From Flavobacterium sp. (GTDB lineage: Bacteria > Bacteroidota > Bacteroidia > Flavobacteriales > Flavobacteriaceae), in contig JAGNZI010000001.1 in the NCBI GenBank assembly GCA_017984495.1, forward strand, positions 11,926 through 75,925: a DNA stretch of 64,000 nt, given 5' to 3'. The translations under genes and the position numbers were made by a program. The notes beneath the pieces were generated by a model, which saw only the letters and a program-made list of their open reading frames with translations, was not told the DNA's origin and ran no database searches. Positions 63,397 through 64,000 of the stretch are shown piece after piece; the stretch's first letter is position 1, and each line of letters opens with the position of its first letter.

Positions 63397-64000
63397 TTAA
63401 TTTACCGTTCCAATAATCTTCAATTTAGCTGAAGTTGAAATGCCGCCAGGATTGCACCCGAGTTTGCCTTCCGGAATTTCCATGTGTAATTTTTTGTAAT
63501 ATTCGGCCCATACCTCAAAGAATTCGTTTGATTTTGGGGATTTGAAAGTCATGGGAAATAATTCAAAAAATGGTTTTTTATTCGCATGTAAGAAAGCGTC
63601 ATATAGCAATTCCGAACAATAGTATTTTCCATTATTGTACACATATTCTTCATCATACGGCACACCAATTTGTTGCAATGCAAAGGCAATTGCTTCTGGA
63701 ATAAGCGCTCGATATTTTCGTTTTAATCGGCCCACATACATTTTTTCAGTGGTGTAGGTTTTGAAGGTTTCGAAAGGCGTTATTTTGACTTCGGTACCTG
63801 CTGCTTCAATCACATAAATGGAATCATTTTTAAGGTATACCAATCCCAAATGACTAAAATCGCGTCCTTGATACCCTGATGTTACTTCATTAATCGCCTC
63901 GCAAAGTGGTCCGCAATTCATGGATTGAAAAAGAAGATCTCCTGATTTAAGGGTTAGCTTTTGTGAAAAACCCGCAAGAGAAACGAAAAGAAGTAAGGTG
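63397..64000 (-). CDS. YiiX/YebB-like permuted NlpC/P60 cysteine hydrolase (start beyond the window end)
   Basis: The frame stays open to the window end (...SQKLTLKSGDLLFQSMNCG); SHLG, EA, PYD, YCSEL motifs. Confidence 0.85.
   Translation of the reverse strand, partial: TLLLFVSLAGFSQKLTLKSGDLLFQSMNCGPLCEAINEVTSGYQGRDFSHLGLVYLKNDSIYVIEAAGTEVKITPFETFKTYTTEKMYVGRLKRKYRALIPEAIAFALQQIGVPYDEEYVYNNGKYYCSELLYDAFLHANKKPFFELFPMTFKSPKSNEFFEVWAEYYKKLHMEIPEGKLGCNPGGISTSAKLKIIGTVN

Overview
An AT-rich, mostly core-genome window from a Bacteroidetes bacterium, very probably Flavobacterium or another Flavobacteriaceae. That call rests on repeated TAnnTTTG -7 promoter boxes, the panD-panC / short glgA-DUF4270-glmS arrangement, an isolated atpD-atpC pair and an SDR-type threonine dehydrogenase. 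The window holds nuoA-F, amt, mfd, radA, glmS, atpDC, aspS, a TetR-TolC-MFP-RND efflux operon, sucAB, tatD, ansA, tRNA-Ser(GGA), rpoN, asnS, frr and pyrH. The only clearly accessory block is 13734-16464, between convergent mfd and radA. It carries a HUH/Y1 REP-associated tyrosine transposase (RAYT) among two classes of 28-bp CGATAG-headed REP hairpins, plus a GapN-like aldehyde dehydrogenase bracketed by identical direct REP copies, which may be REP-delimited cargo. Other notable non-coding signals are a family of related palindromic terminators (one is a perfect 38-bp palindrome centred on CGATAG|CTATCG, the REP head motif), intergenic 7-bp tandem arrays and several candidate operators. All product calls come from recognising motifs by eye; no database searches were run.
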